A stretch of 64,000 nucleotides of DNA from contig CAIRQX010000103.1 of NCBI GenBank assembly GCA_903880855.1, positions 61,161 through 125,160 on the forward strand, read 5' to 3'. The notes under the pieces are model-generated. The model made no database searches and was not told the DNA's origin. It saw only the letters and a list, made by a program, of their open reading frames with translations. Position 1 is the first letter of the stretch; each line of letters begins with the position of its first letter. The translations under genes were made by a program, and so were the position numbers. This DNA comes from an uncultured Burkholderiales bacterium. GTDB taxonomy: Bacteria; Pseudomonadota; Gammaproteobacteria; Burkholderiales; Burkholderiaceae_C. This document shows, piece by piece, positions 28,899 through 37,731 of the stretch.

Positions 28899-29354
28899 TT
28901 ATAAAACTTCGTAAACATCGTATGTGGGACCCGTGCTATCGCGACGGCCGGTTGCGACCGCAATGATGCGATTGAGCCACGCATATTTTTCACTGGATGT
29001 TTCAAAAATAGGCGTCATTCGGAAGTAATACAAAGAGGGGTCTACTTTCTCACCTTTGTTCAATTTGTCAATCACATCTTTGGGACCATGGCGCAGGCCC
29101 CTGTAAGACATATAAATATGATGACCATCATCGGTTTCTAACGTCAAGCGCACGTCCAACATCAACACACCATCAGGACGCATTAGTAGCCAGTCGCCTC
29201 CAGGTGCAGACGTTACTTTGCCGCGTAAACGATCTCCCGAGAATTCACCAGCACTGACCTGCGCAATCTTGCGACCACCCATAGGCGTTTGCCCAAGATC
29301 AGTGATAGATGGAACGGTAAGTGTGATTTGAAAGATAGGCCGTGTTTGAATCAT
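28899..29354 (-). CDS. DUF3237 family protein
   Basis: 151 aa. GQTPMGGRKIAQVSAGEFSGDRLRGKV..PGGDW...DGVLMLDVRLTLETDDG matches my recollection of the DUF3237 pattern. No search was run. Confidence 0.55.
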   Translation of the reverse strand: MIQTRPIFQITLTVPSITDLGQTPMGGRKIAQVSAGEFSGDRLRGKVTSAPGGDWLLMRPDGVLMLDVRLTLETDDGHHIYMSYRGLRHGPKDVIDKLNKGEKVDPSLYYFRMTPIFETSSEKYAWLNRIIAVATGRRDSTGPTYDVYEVL

Positions 29355-29375
29355 CGTGACATCCTTTGTAACTAA

Positions 29376-30311
29376 CTAAGATTTAAGTGACTTGCGCGAA
29401 ATGAGATCTTTCAACTTGGAGTCTGGAAATAAAACAACCAACATTGACAACAAAATTAAAACCAAGGCGATGATATCTGGCAAGGTCACAGCTTCGCCCA
29501 AAATCAAAGCGCCACCTGTCACGCCAAATACAGGCACGAGCGTGATAGAGAGGCCGCTAGAAACTGCAGAGAGCTTGCGCGCCACATGAAACCAAGCCAC
29601 GTAACTCACTGCAAAGGTAATCACTCCCCCGTACAAAATGGCCAACCATTGCATCAGGGTAGGCCACTCCCAAAGGTCTCTTTCAAAAATAATGGTAATT
29701 GCCAAAAAGAAAAAGAAGGCTATGAAGAGCGCCCAAAATGTGAGGGTGATGCCGCTGACACTTAACTTGGAGTTTTTCATCATCGCGTTTCCAGTGCCCC
29801 AAGTGATGGCTGCCACCAACATAACCGCAATACCTAGAGGATGGTTTCCCCACTGACTCGCACTGCCCCACGCCAACAAGAGGGCGGCGCTCATGGCTAA
29901 GGCAATTCCTATCAATGCTGTCATTGTTATTTTTTCGCGGTACAAAAGCGCGCTTGCGAGGAGAGCCCACACTGGCATGGTGTAGCCAATGATGGCGGCG
30001 CGTCCTGAGTTGAGCATGCTGACCCCATAGATCATGGGCAAGTGCCAGCCCACCATATTAAAGAGACTCAGCTTGAAAAGCGGCCTTATCTCGTGTTTGG
30101 GAACAGCAATAGAAATACCTTTGAAGCGAACATAGGCTCCCAAGGCCATGCATCCAATTAAAAAAGTAAACGTTCGAAATGCCGAGGGAGGGTAGCTATT
30201 GACCACAAATTTCATCACGGGATAGTTCAGCCCCCATGAAACCGTCACGATCAACACCATGAATAAATCTTTGGCATTGATCTGTTGGGAGCTTATCTCG
30301 GGAGTTGACAT
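29376..30311 (-). CDS. DMT superfamily (EamA-like) transporter
   Basis: 311 aa with about 10 predicted hydrophobic helices in a duplicated EamA-type layout. Confidence 0.8.
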   Translation of the reverse strand: MSTPEISSQQINAKDLFMVLIVTVSWGLNYPVMKFVVNSYPPSAFRTFTFLIGCMALGAYVRFKGISIAVPKHEIRPLFKLSLFNMVGWHLPMIYGVSMLNSGRAAIIGYTMPVWALLASALLYREKITMTALIGIALAMSAALLLAWGSASQWGNHPLGIAVMLVAAITWGTGNAMMKNSKLSVSGITLTFWALFIAFFFFLAITIIFERDLWEWPTLMQWLAILYGGVITFAVSYVAWFHVARKLSAVSSGLSITLVPVFGVTGGALILGEAVTLPDIIALVLILLSMLVVLFPDSKLKDLISRKSLKS

Positions 30312-30377
30312 GAATGGCTTTGAAAAAGGAGCGATCTACATTTTGATTCAAAATGGCGTTTTATTTAGGGAGCGGTT

Positions 30378-31358
30378 ATGCATTTGAAGCGTTTATTAGA
30401 TAAGTCAGTGGCTGTTCTAGTTTTGGTTGTCTCAGGTCTTTGGTGTCAAGTGACTTTGGCTGACCCGTCAACCACTAAACTTTTGGTGGGTTTCCCGCCT
30501 GGCGGAGGAACAGACGCCATCGCCCGTGTCTTGGCCGAAAAAATGAAAGACGCATTAGGCACAAACGTGGTGGTGGAAAACAGAGCAGGGGCGGGCGGTC
30601 AAATTGCTGCGCAAGCTCTTAAAGCTGCGCCTGCAGACGGCAGTGTGTTGTTCTTCTCACACGATCACACTATTTCTATTCTGCCTTTGGTGGTTAAAAA
30701 CCCTGGTTTCGCGCCTGCCACTGATTTTGTTCCGGTAGTTGGTATTGCAACATTTGCCAATGGTTTGGCGTTGTCTAGTGGTACACCTGCTAAATCATTC
30801 AATGAATACATCCAATGGGTACGCACCCAAGGCAATGGAAAAGGAACTGTTGGTGTTCCTGCGCCTGCATCTATCCCTGAGTTTTTAGTCAAAGTAATAG
30901 GTGATAAATACAAACTTGACTTGCAATCCGTGCCCTATCGCGGTGGGGCGCCCTTGATGGCCGATATGTTGGGCAACCAAGTCCCAGCAGGTTTGGCGGG
31001 CGTCAATGATTTTTTAGAAAACCATAAAGCTGGCAAATTCCGCATGGTTGCGGTGATTGGTGACAAGCGTCAAGCTGCTATGCCAGAGGTTCCCACCTTT
31101 GCAGAACTTGGCCTATCGGGTTTTGAAGAGTTGGCTTACTACGGATTGTTTGCGCCTGCGGGAACCCCGCAAGCAGTGATTGACCGCTACTCTGACGCAT
31201 TGGCAAAAATCATCGCGCAACCAGAGGTCAAAGATCGCTTGACTTCCATGGGTATCAACGTAGTGCACATGCCGCCAAGACAATTTGCCAACCATGTTCG
31301 TTCGTACACGCAGACATGGGAAAAAATTGTCAAGAACAGTGGATTTCAAGCGCAATAA
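30378..31358 (+). CDS. Bug family tripartite tricarboxylate transporter substrate-binding protein (TctC-like)
   Basis: 326 aa. Signal peptide, then GFPPGGGTDAIARVLAEKM...VENRAGAGG...VPYRGGAP. Confidence 0.85.
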   Translation: MHLKRLLDKSVAVLVLVVSGLWCQVTLADPSTTKLLVGFPPGGGTDAIARVLAEKMKDALGTNVVVENRAGAGGQIAAQALKAAPADGSVLFFSHDHTISILPLVVKNPGFAPATDFVPVVGIATFANGLALSSGTPAKSFNEYIQWVRTQGNGKGTVGVPAPASIPEFLVKVIGDKYKLDLQSVPYRGGAPLMADMLGNQVPAGLAGVNDFLENHKAGKFRMVAVIGDKRQAAMPEVPTFAELGLSGFEELAYYGLFAPAGTPQAVIDRYSDALAKIIAQPEVKDRLTSMGINVVHMPPRQFANHVRSYTQTWEKIVKNSGFQAQ

Positions 31359-31371
31359 AAGCGCTGTAGAG

Positions 31372-32298
31372 ATGGCGCCTCAACTCATCGCCCTCGATTG
31401 GGGAACCTCTAATTTGAGGGCAAGCCTTTTAGACCCATCTGGGCATTCCCTAGAGCAACGGCAATCTGCCATGGGTGTGATGAAAGTGCCCGATGGTGGA
31501 TTTGGCTCTGCTCTTGTGGAATTGTGTGGCGACTGGATGCAAGCGCATCGAATCCCCTTGATTGCCAGTGGCATGGTGGGAAGCCGTCAAGGTTGGAAAG
31601 AGGCGCCGTATTTGAGTTGCCCTGCTACCTTAAAGCAAGCCGCGCTCCAATTAACAGAGGTTCAATTCGATGACCCAGTGGCTGGTAAGCACTGCGTCTA
31701 TATCGCCCCAGGCCTGAAGTGCATCGATGAACACGCGCAAACCGACGTCATGCGCGGCGAGGAGACCCAAATTTGGGGTGCGCAGTTACCGCCCTTGAGT
31801 ATTTGTGTACTGCCAGGAACACACAGCAAATGGATTTGGTTAGATGCCTCAGGAGATTTTCAAAACTTCAAAACCTTTATGACGGGTGAGATGTATTCCT
31901 TACTCACCCAATACAGCATATTGGGTAGGTTGATGGATGTCCCAGAAACTGGTGCGCCATTAAAGCAAGATGTATTTCTTCGCGGCGTTTCACTGGGTGT
32001 TAGCGGACATGCAGAGGTCTTGCACACTTTATTTGCTGCGCGTACAACGGGTTTGATGGGGCATTTGAATGCGACCGAATTACCAGACTTTTTATCTGGC
32101 ATTTTGATCGGTGCAGAGATCGGGAGTGCTAGCCTTCATGCTGTTACACAGGTGCATCTTATAGGCGAGGGCAGTTTGTGCGAGCGGTATGCGCGGGCAT
32201 TTCAACATCAAGGTATTGCAGTTGTGCACGTGGGTGAAGAGGCTACGACAAAAGGACAGTGGCTGCTTGCCCGAGCAGCGGGCTTGGTGAAGTTTTAA
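31372..32298 (+). CDS. dgoK: 2-dehydro-3-deoxygalactonokinase
   Basis: The N-terminus MAPQLIALDWGTSNLRASLLD is DgoK-like. ATG at 31372; the track ORF start at 31285 overlaps the Bug gene. Confidence 0.7.
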   Translation: MAPQLIALDWGTSNLRASLLDPSGHSLEQRQSAMGVMKVPDGGFGSALVELCGDWMQAHRIPLIASGMVGSRQGWKEAPYLSCPATLKQAALQLTEVQFDDPVAGKHCVYIAPGLKCIDEHAQTDVMRGEETQIWGAQLPPLSICVLPGTHSKWIWLDASGDFQNFKTFMTGEMYSLLTQYSILGRLMDVPETGAPLKQDVFLRGVSLGVSGHAEVLHTLFAARTTGLMGHLNATELPDFLSGILIGAEIGSASLHAVTQVHLIGEGSLCERYARAFQHQGIAVVHVGEEATTKGQWLLARAAGLVKF

Positions 32299-32314
32299 GC
32301 CTATTTACAAAAGA

Positions 32315-33283
32315 TCAATGTAGAAATTTGGACATCGCTGTTTCTGTGACAGGGATCAATTCCACGCCGTCTTTGGCGTTGTATTTACTGTCTTGGATAT
32401 TTCGCAAATAAAGTTGAATAAATTCAGTCACGCAGGGCATCAAATCTTGCTCAACATAGCGGGTCATTTGGATGATGCGGTGAAAGTCACCAAAGCCAAG
32501 TGATCTGTGCGTCGTTTCAGAATTGGCCCATGATTGGCAACTAAGACTTGGCAAGAAAGAAATGCCGAGTCCTGCGGCCACCATTCCAATGAGAGTGGAT
32601 TGCTGGTCCACTTCAATCATAGGCAGAGGACTTTTTATTTTTAGCAACAAGGGATCTACCATTTCACGAATGGCTCCTTGTCGCAACACGATCAATTGCC
32701 GGTCTTGCAGATCCTTCAACTCAATTTCTTTCTTCGTTGCCAGTGGATCTGACTTGAGTCCAATCCAGCGCAGCGGATCTTTCAAAATAGGCAGATATTT
32801 CAGATCAGTGTCTTTGCTGGTTTTTGAAATGAATGCAAAGTCACCTTCGCCTGCATCGAGCATATGACGTAACTGAAGATCCGTGTTGTCATGAACTTCA
32901 ATCGCGACATCAGGATAAATGGCTCGGTATTTCTTGACGATTTCAGGCAATTGGAAATGCGCAATAGAGGGAATGGCCAAGATAGAAATCCTGCCTTGCG
33001 CGGAGTTCGACCACAGCGCAATATTCTTCATCAACCTTTTGTTGGTGTCTAAAACACGCTGTGCGTCTTTGTAAAAGACTTCCCCTGCAGGCGTTAGTTT
33101 GAGTGAGCGGGTGGTTCTGGTGATGAGTTTGACGCCGGCAATACCTTCGAGATTAGCAATGGCTTGGCTCAGTGCCGGCTGCCCCATATGCAGTTGAATG
33201 GCCGCTTTGGCCATAGATCCGTTATCGATAGCCGATATAAAGGCGTCCAGATGCCTAGGATTAAAGTAATTCACTTTTACCAA
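32315..33283 (-). CDS. LysR family transcriptional regulator
   Basis: 322 aa. N-terminal wHTH LDAFISAIDNGSMAKAAIQLHMGQPALSQAIANLE. Divergent from the sulfatase gene. Confidence 0.9.
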   Translation of the reverse strand: MVKVNYFNPRHLDAFISAIDNGSMAKAAIQLHMGQPALSQAIANLEGIAGVKLITRTTRSLKLTPAGEVFYKDAQRVLDTNKRLMKNIALWSNSAQGRISILAIPSIAHFQLPEIVKKYRAIYPDVAIEVHDNTDLQLRHMLDAGEGDFAFISKTSKDTDLKYLPILKDPLRWIGLKSDPLATKKEIELKDLQDRQLIVLRQGAIREMVDPLLLKIKSPLPMIEVDQQSTLIGMVAAGLGISFLPSLSCQSWANSETTHRSLGFGDFHRIIQMTRYVEQDLMPCVTEFIQLYLRNIQDSKYNAKDGVELIPVTETAMSKFLH

Positions 33284-33368
33284 TTAATCAGATTGCTTAA
33301 ATTGATTTGAAGCATATATCAAATCCACCTAGTATGCAAGTTCAATCTGGCAAATATGGCAATCTTGT

Positions 33369-34889
33369 ATGAAAACAGTCTTCGTATTATTTGATTCGCT
33401 CAATCGAAAATCTTTGAGTTGCTATGGCGGTAAAGATATCGATACACCCAACTTCCAACGCTTGGCTAATCGTTCGGTGGTATTTGATAACCATTACGTT
33501 GGTAGCCTGCCTTGCATGCCAGCAAGACGAGATTTGCACACGGGGCGCCTTAATTTTTTACACCGAGGGTGGGGGCCGTTAGAACCCTTTGACCATTCAT
33601 TTGCGGCCTTACTGCACAAGGATAAAAAAGTCTATAGCCACTTGATTTCTGACCATTTCCATTATTGGGGGGATGGTGGCGCTACGTATCACAACCGTTA
33701 TGACACTTACGATTTCATTCGAGGACAAGAAGGAGATCCTTGGAAGGCGATGGTAGAGCCTCCATGGAAACGATTCAAAGAGATGTATCACTCGGTGCAA
33801 TATTCTGAACAACGACGCAACAAGCTGTCGCGCAACATCATCAACCGTGAGCATATCAAGCAGTATGAAGACTTTCCATCGGTACGGTGCTTTGATGCTG
33901 GATTGGAATTTTTGAATACCAACCAAAAGGCAGACAACTGGTTGTTGCATTTAGAGACTTTTGATCCGCATGAGCCTTTTCACGCACCAGAGGAATTTCG
34001 TAAAAAATTCACCACAAACTACAAAGGCCCGACATTAGATTGGCCGCCTTATGCCAGAGTGACGGAAACCTTTGATGAATGCGAAGAGTTACGAGCAAAC
34101 TATGCCGCCATCATTGCTTTGTGTGACCATGAATTAGGCAGATTGCTAGACCACTTTGATACGCATGATCTATGGAAAGATACGGCTTTGGTGGTGACTA
34201 CTGACCATGGATTTTTGTTAGGTGAGCATGATTGGTGGGCCAAAAATATCATGCCTTGCTACAACGAAGTTGCGCATATTCCTTTGTTTATTCACCATCC
34301 AGATTTCGCAAGCCAAGCTGGAACCCGACGTGAACTATTGACGCAAACCATGGACATCATGCCGACTTTGATGGATATATTTGGTGCAACGCCACCTGCT
34401 GAGGTGACTGCTAGTTCCCTTCTTCCTGCCTTAGGAGATAAAACGCTTAAAAATCGTGATGCATGTATCTACGGAGTCTTTGGCAGTGCAGTCAATGTGA
34501 CCGATGGGCAATACACCTGTTTTATTTATCCTCCCGATGTTCATGGGGGAGACCTCAACCAATACACCCTGATGCCCCTGCATATGAAAGAATTTTTCAG
34601 CATTGAAGAGTTGCAAGAGGCTAAGTTGATTGCATCTATGCCGTTTTCTAGGAGCGCCCCGGTCCTTCAAATTCCCGCAACACCAAAATCGCCTTTTTAT
34701 AGCCATCAAGGACCTGGCACATTAAAGGATACAGATTCTGCATTATTTAATTTACATGCAGATCCTCTGCAAAACCATCCATTGCATGATGCGTCCGTGC
34801 AGCAGCGGATGCACCGTATGGCCATTGAGCAAATGAAAATCCAGCACGCACCTCTTGAGTACTTCAAGCGGCTAGATTTATCTAACTAA
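33369..34889 (+). CDS. Sulfatase (Cys-type arylsulfatase family), no signal peptide
   Basis: 506 aa. Sulfatase signature SLPCMPARRDLHTGR (C-x-P-x-R). The N-terminus MKTVFVLFDS lacks a signal sequence. Confidence 0.85.
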   Translation: MKTVFVLFDSLNRKSLSCYGGKDIDTPNFQRLANRSVVFDNHYVGSLPCMPARRDLHTGRLNFLHRGWGPLEPFDHSFAALLHKDKKVYSHLISDHFHYWGDGGATYHNRYDTYDFIRGQEGDPWKAMVEPPWKRFKEMYHSVQYSEQRRNKLSRNIINREHIKQYEDFPSVRCFDAGLEFLNTNQKADNWLLHLETFDPHEPFHAPEEFRKKFTTNYKGPTLDWPPYARVTETFDECEELRANYAAIIALCDHELGRLLDHFDTHDLWKDTALVVTTDHGFLLGEHDWWAKNIMPCYNEVAHIPLFIHHPDFASQAGTRRELLTQTMDIMPTLMDIFGATPPAEVTASSLLPALGDKTLKNRDACIYGVFGSAVNVTDGQYTCFIYPPDVHGGDLNQYTLMPLHMKEFFSIEELQEAKLIASMPFSRSAPVLQIPATPKSPFYSHQGPGTLKDTDSALFNLHADPLQNHPLHDASVQQRMHRMAIEQMKIQHAPLEYFKRLDLSN

Positions 34890-34915
34890 ATACATCTATT
34901 TTTATTGGAACAATC

Positions 34916-35875
34916 ATGAAAAACTTTTTTCTTTTACTTGTTATTTTCTTTCAATCTAGTTTGATTTGGGCGCAATCAGACTTCCCCAATAAACCTATCA
35001 CCATCGTGGTGGCCACTCCAGCCGGAGGTGCAACGGATAAAACGGTTAGGTTGCTGGTCAAGCAATTGCAAACCAAATGGAAAAATGGGGTAATCGTTGA
35101 AAATCGTATTGGTGCGTCTGGCAATATCGCGTCATCGTATGTGGCTAAAGCCAATCCAGATGGCTACACATTGCTAGTGTCTGCTGGTCCGTTTTCTATC
35201 AACCCTAGCCTTTTTAAAACTTTACCGTTTGATACAAAAAAAGACTTTGTACCCATCAGCCAAATATCTAGTTTTGCTAGCGTATTGCTAGTGCATGAAT
35301 CTTTCCCAGCAAAAACTTTGAATGATTTTGTGGCAATAGCAAAGAATCCCAAAGAACCACTTGCCTATGCCTCACCGGGCAGTGGTACTGCGCAACACTT
35401 AGGGATGGAGTTGTTAAGAAGCAAACTCAAACTCAATTTGAACCACATCCCCTACAAAGGGGGTGCGCCTGCTATGAACGATTTATTGGCAGGGCACGTC
35501 AAAGTCATGCTTGCGGGTATGGGAGATGCAAGTCCGCATTTCAATACTGGGCGTGTTTTTCCTCTAGCAACTACAGGCAAAGCCCGCTCACCTTTGCTCC
35601 CGAATATTCCCACCTTTCAAGAACTTGGCATTTTGGATTTTGACGCATCAGGCTGGTGTGGATTGCATGCGCCAGCTGGAACGCCTGCCGACATCATCAA
35701 CAAAATTAACCAAGACGTGGTGGCTGCTTTAGCCGATCCAGCGATTCGCCAAGGAATGGCTGCAATGGATGTGGAGCCACGCCCGACTTCCGTTGCTGAG
35801 TTCCGTGCGTTTATGGATAGCCAGTATGCCAAGTGGAAAGAAGCGGTGGAACTGTCTGGGGCCAAGGCTGATTAA
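34916..35875 (+). CDS. Bug family tripartite tricarboxylate transporter substrate-binding protein (TctC-like)
   Basis: 319 aa. Signal peptide, then VVATPAGGATDKTVRLL...VENRIGASG...IPYKGGAPA. Confidence 0.85.
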   Translation: MKNFFLLLVIFFQSSLIWAQSDFPNKPITIVVATPAGGATDKTVRLLVKQLQTKWKNGVIVENRIGASGNIASSYVAKANPDGYTLLVSAGPFSINPSLFKTLPFDTKKDFVPISQISSFASVLLVHESFPAKTLNDFVAIAKNPKEPLAYASPGSGTAQHLGMELLRSKLKLNLNHIPYKGGAPAMNDLLAGHVKVMLAGMGDASPHFNTGRVFPLATTGKARSPLLPNIPTFQELGILDFDASGWCGLHAPAGTPADIINKINQDVVAALADPAIRQGMAAMDVEPRPTSVAEFRAFMDSQYAKWKEAVELSGAKAD

Positions 35876-35884
35876 GGCGTCGCG

Positions 35885-36811
35885 GTGATGCCTTGGCTGC
35901 AAGTCGAGCCTACAGTCAGCATTCAAGCAGGGGGGTACGAGGCAATTATTTCTCCTAGTGCAGGGGCTCGCCTATTCCAACTGACTTACAACCATAACAA
36001 CCGACAGATTGACTGTGTAGTTCCTTTTAACCTAATTGCATCCATAGACGCGCACCAATGGCCCAAGGCTGGGGCTTTTGTGATGCTACCTTTTACTAAC
36101 CGTTTAGATCCAGCTGAGTTTGAATGGCAAGGGCGGCAGATCGCTCTACATAATGGATCAAACAGTCGACAAGGTTTGCATGGGTTTGGCCATAGAAGTG
36201 ATTGGACGGTGGTTGCTAAGTCCGAAGACAATGTCGTGTTGGCGTGGAACCATCCCATTAGCAGTCCTGAATGGCCATGGACTTTTCAGGCAAAACTGGT
36301 TTACAGCGTTAGTGCACTTGGCTTATCCGTTGCACTGTCTGTTCGCAACACAGATATTTCTTCTATGCCGGTTAGTTTGGGATGGCATCCTTTTGTTCCA
36401 TTACAAACTTCAGATGCTCCTGGAAATAGTATGTTGAGCTTTTCTGCGTCCCGAATGCACGATATTGGCTTAGATGGATTAGGGATTGCACACTTATCAG
36501 AAACTACCCTTACTCAACGTGTATTCACTATGGATGTAAAAGCAGCAAGTACGACGGCATTTGAAAACTTTAGTGGGAATGTTGAAATATTTTTAGAAAA
36601 AAATCTTCGCCTAAAGTTAATGAGTCAGCATGCGCCTCACTTATTGGTGCATCGACCAAAAGAATTGCCCTTTATTTGCGTAGAGCCCGTGGGTTCTCTA
36701 CCAGGTGCTTTAAAGCATTACACCAAAGCGCAAAAAGATCGTGAATTAAGTCTCTACCCAGGAGAGTGGCGACATTTGGGTTGCAGTTTGGGCGTAGAAG
36801 CGATCGTGTAA
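35885..36811 (+). CDS. Aldose 1-epimerase family protein
   Basis: 308 aa. LHGFGH and GWHPF motifs. GTG at 35885, or ATG at 35888. Confidence 0.65.
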   Translation: MMPWLQVEPTVSIQAGGYEAIISPSAGARLFQLTYNHNNRQIDCVVPFNLIASIDAHQWPKAGAFVMLPFTNRLDPAEFEWQGRQIALHNGSNSRQGLHGFGHRSDWTVVAKSEDNVVLAWNHPISSPEWPWTFQAKLVYSVSALGLSVALSVRNTDISSMPVSLGWHPFVPLQTSDAPGNSMLSFSASRMHDIGLDGLGIAHLSETTLTQRVFTMDVKAASTTAFENFSGNVEIFLEKNLRLKLMSQHAPHLLVHRPKELPFICVEPVGSLPGALKHYTKAQKDRELSLYPGEWRHLGCSLGVEAIV

Positions 36812-36827
36812 GACGCCTTAAAAAGAT

Positions 36828-36894
36828 GACCGCTCTCGGCGATAGATGGAGTCCATGCGCGCCCAAAATATGCGGGCTGGTGTCGAGAGCGGTC
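36828..36894. repeat. Long-range inverted repeat (structured element) in a convergent intergenic region
   Basis: GACCGCTCTCG (36828-36838) and CGAGAGCGGTC (36884-36894) are perfect 11-bp complements. They enclose 45 nt containing smaller stems (ATGG..CCAT, GCCC..GGGC). Confidence 0.5.
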
Positions 36895-36982
36895 GAAACC
36901 CTACAACCTTGTACCCTTATATTCGGTTTGTAGTCTCGACTCTTTAGTTTTATGTGCGCAAGGAATACAGCGAGTGACCCGC

Positions 36983-37588
36983 TTACCCGATCAAGTCAAC
37001 GCGGCCGTCTAATCCCATGACGCCAGTAATAACGCTAAGTTTGGGGTGACGTTTGTTGACTTGCTTTCGGAATTCAGCCAATGCCTCTGCATGTGCATCT
37101 GATTCTGCTTCGCGCGTTGCTACTTTGGCTTCGCCAAAAGCTAGTTTTGCTGCACCACAGTCGCGGTGGGTGATGCCCACTACACGCTTGATTTTGTGCA
37201 AAGACACAGTGATATCTAAATTGTCCCAATAGGTTTTGTGCCATGCAGTGAAATTAGGATGGACTGCCCCGATAGGACCGCCCGCCATGACGAATTGGCT
37301 GTAGTTGTCTGTTAATTTTTCGCGGGTCACACCTTGCAACATACCCATGTATTGATAACTCAAGGTGGTAAATCGGGGGTCGATACAGTTGACCAACATG
37401 GATTCGTAATTTCCACTGGCTGCAATGCTGGAACCGGAAAATCCAACTAATCCAGCAGCAACGGTTGCCGCTCCAGCACCTAAAAAGCCACGACGTGTGG
37501 ACGCACCTGCTAAGCGTAAAGGGCTGCAGCATGCACAACTTGTTAAGGGATGGGATACATTTTGCATGGCTAAAGTTTTTTCTGGCAT
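36983..37588 (-). CDS. Tat-signal protein with beta-carbonic-anhydrase-like zinc motifs (function unknown)
   Basis: 201 aa. Tat motif STRRGFLGAGAATVAAG. CIDPRF and THRDCGA resemble the CxDxR / HxxC zinc ligand motifs of beta-class carbonic anhydrases. AAGGAA Shine-Dalgarno before the ATG at 37588. Confidence 0.4.
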   Translation of the reverse strand: MPEKTLAMQNVSHPLTSCACCSPLRLAGASTRRGFLGAGAATVAAGLVGFSGSSIAASGNYESMLVNCIDPRFTTLSYQYMGMLQGVTREKLTDNYSQFVMAGGPIGAVHPNFTAWHKTYWDNLDITVSLHKIKRVVGITHRDCGAAKLAFGEAKVATREAESDAHAEALAEFRKQVNKRHPKLSVITGVMGLDGRVDLIG

Positions 37589-37731
37589 AACAATTTCCTT
37601 TTGATTGAAGGCGTTAAAGAATTCTGATTAGAAAGATACGTTTACAAATTTGGATTTGTTTCCAGATTTCGAACGTATGCTTATTAAAAAAATTATAAAT
37701 ACTAAAAAGACTGTTTATCGCTCTTATTTTG

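Noticed and set aside
36812-36982. Riboswitch or cis-regulatory leader
   Set aside because: The spacer lies between two convergent 3' ends, so it precedes no gene. It matches no riboswitch consensus I can recall.
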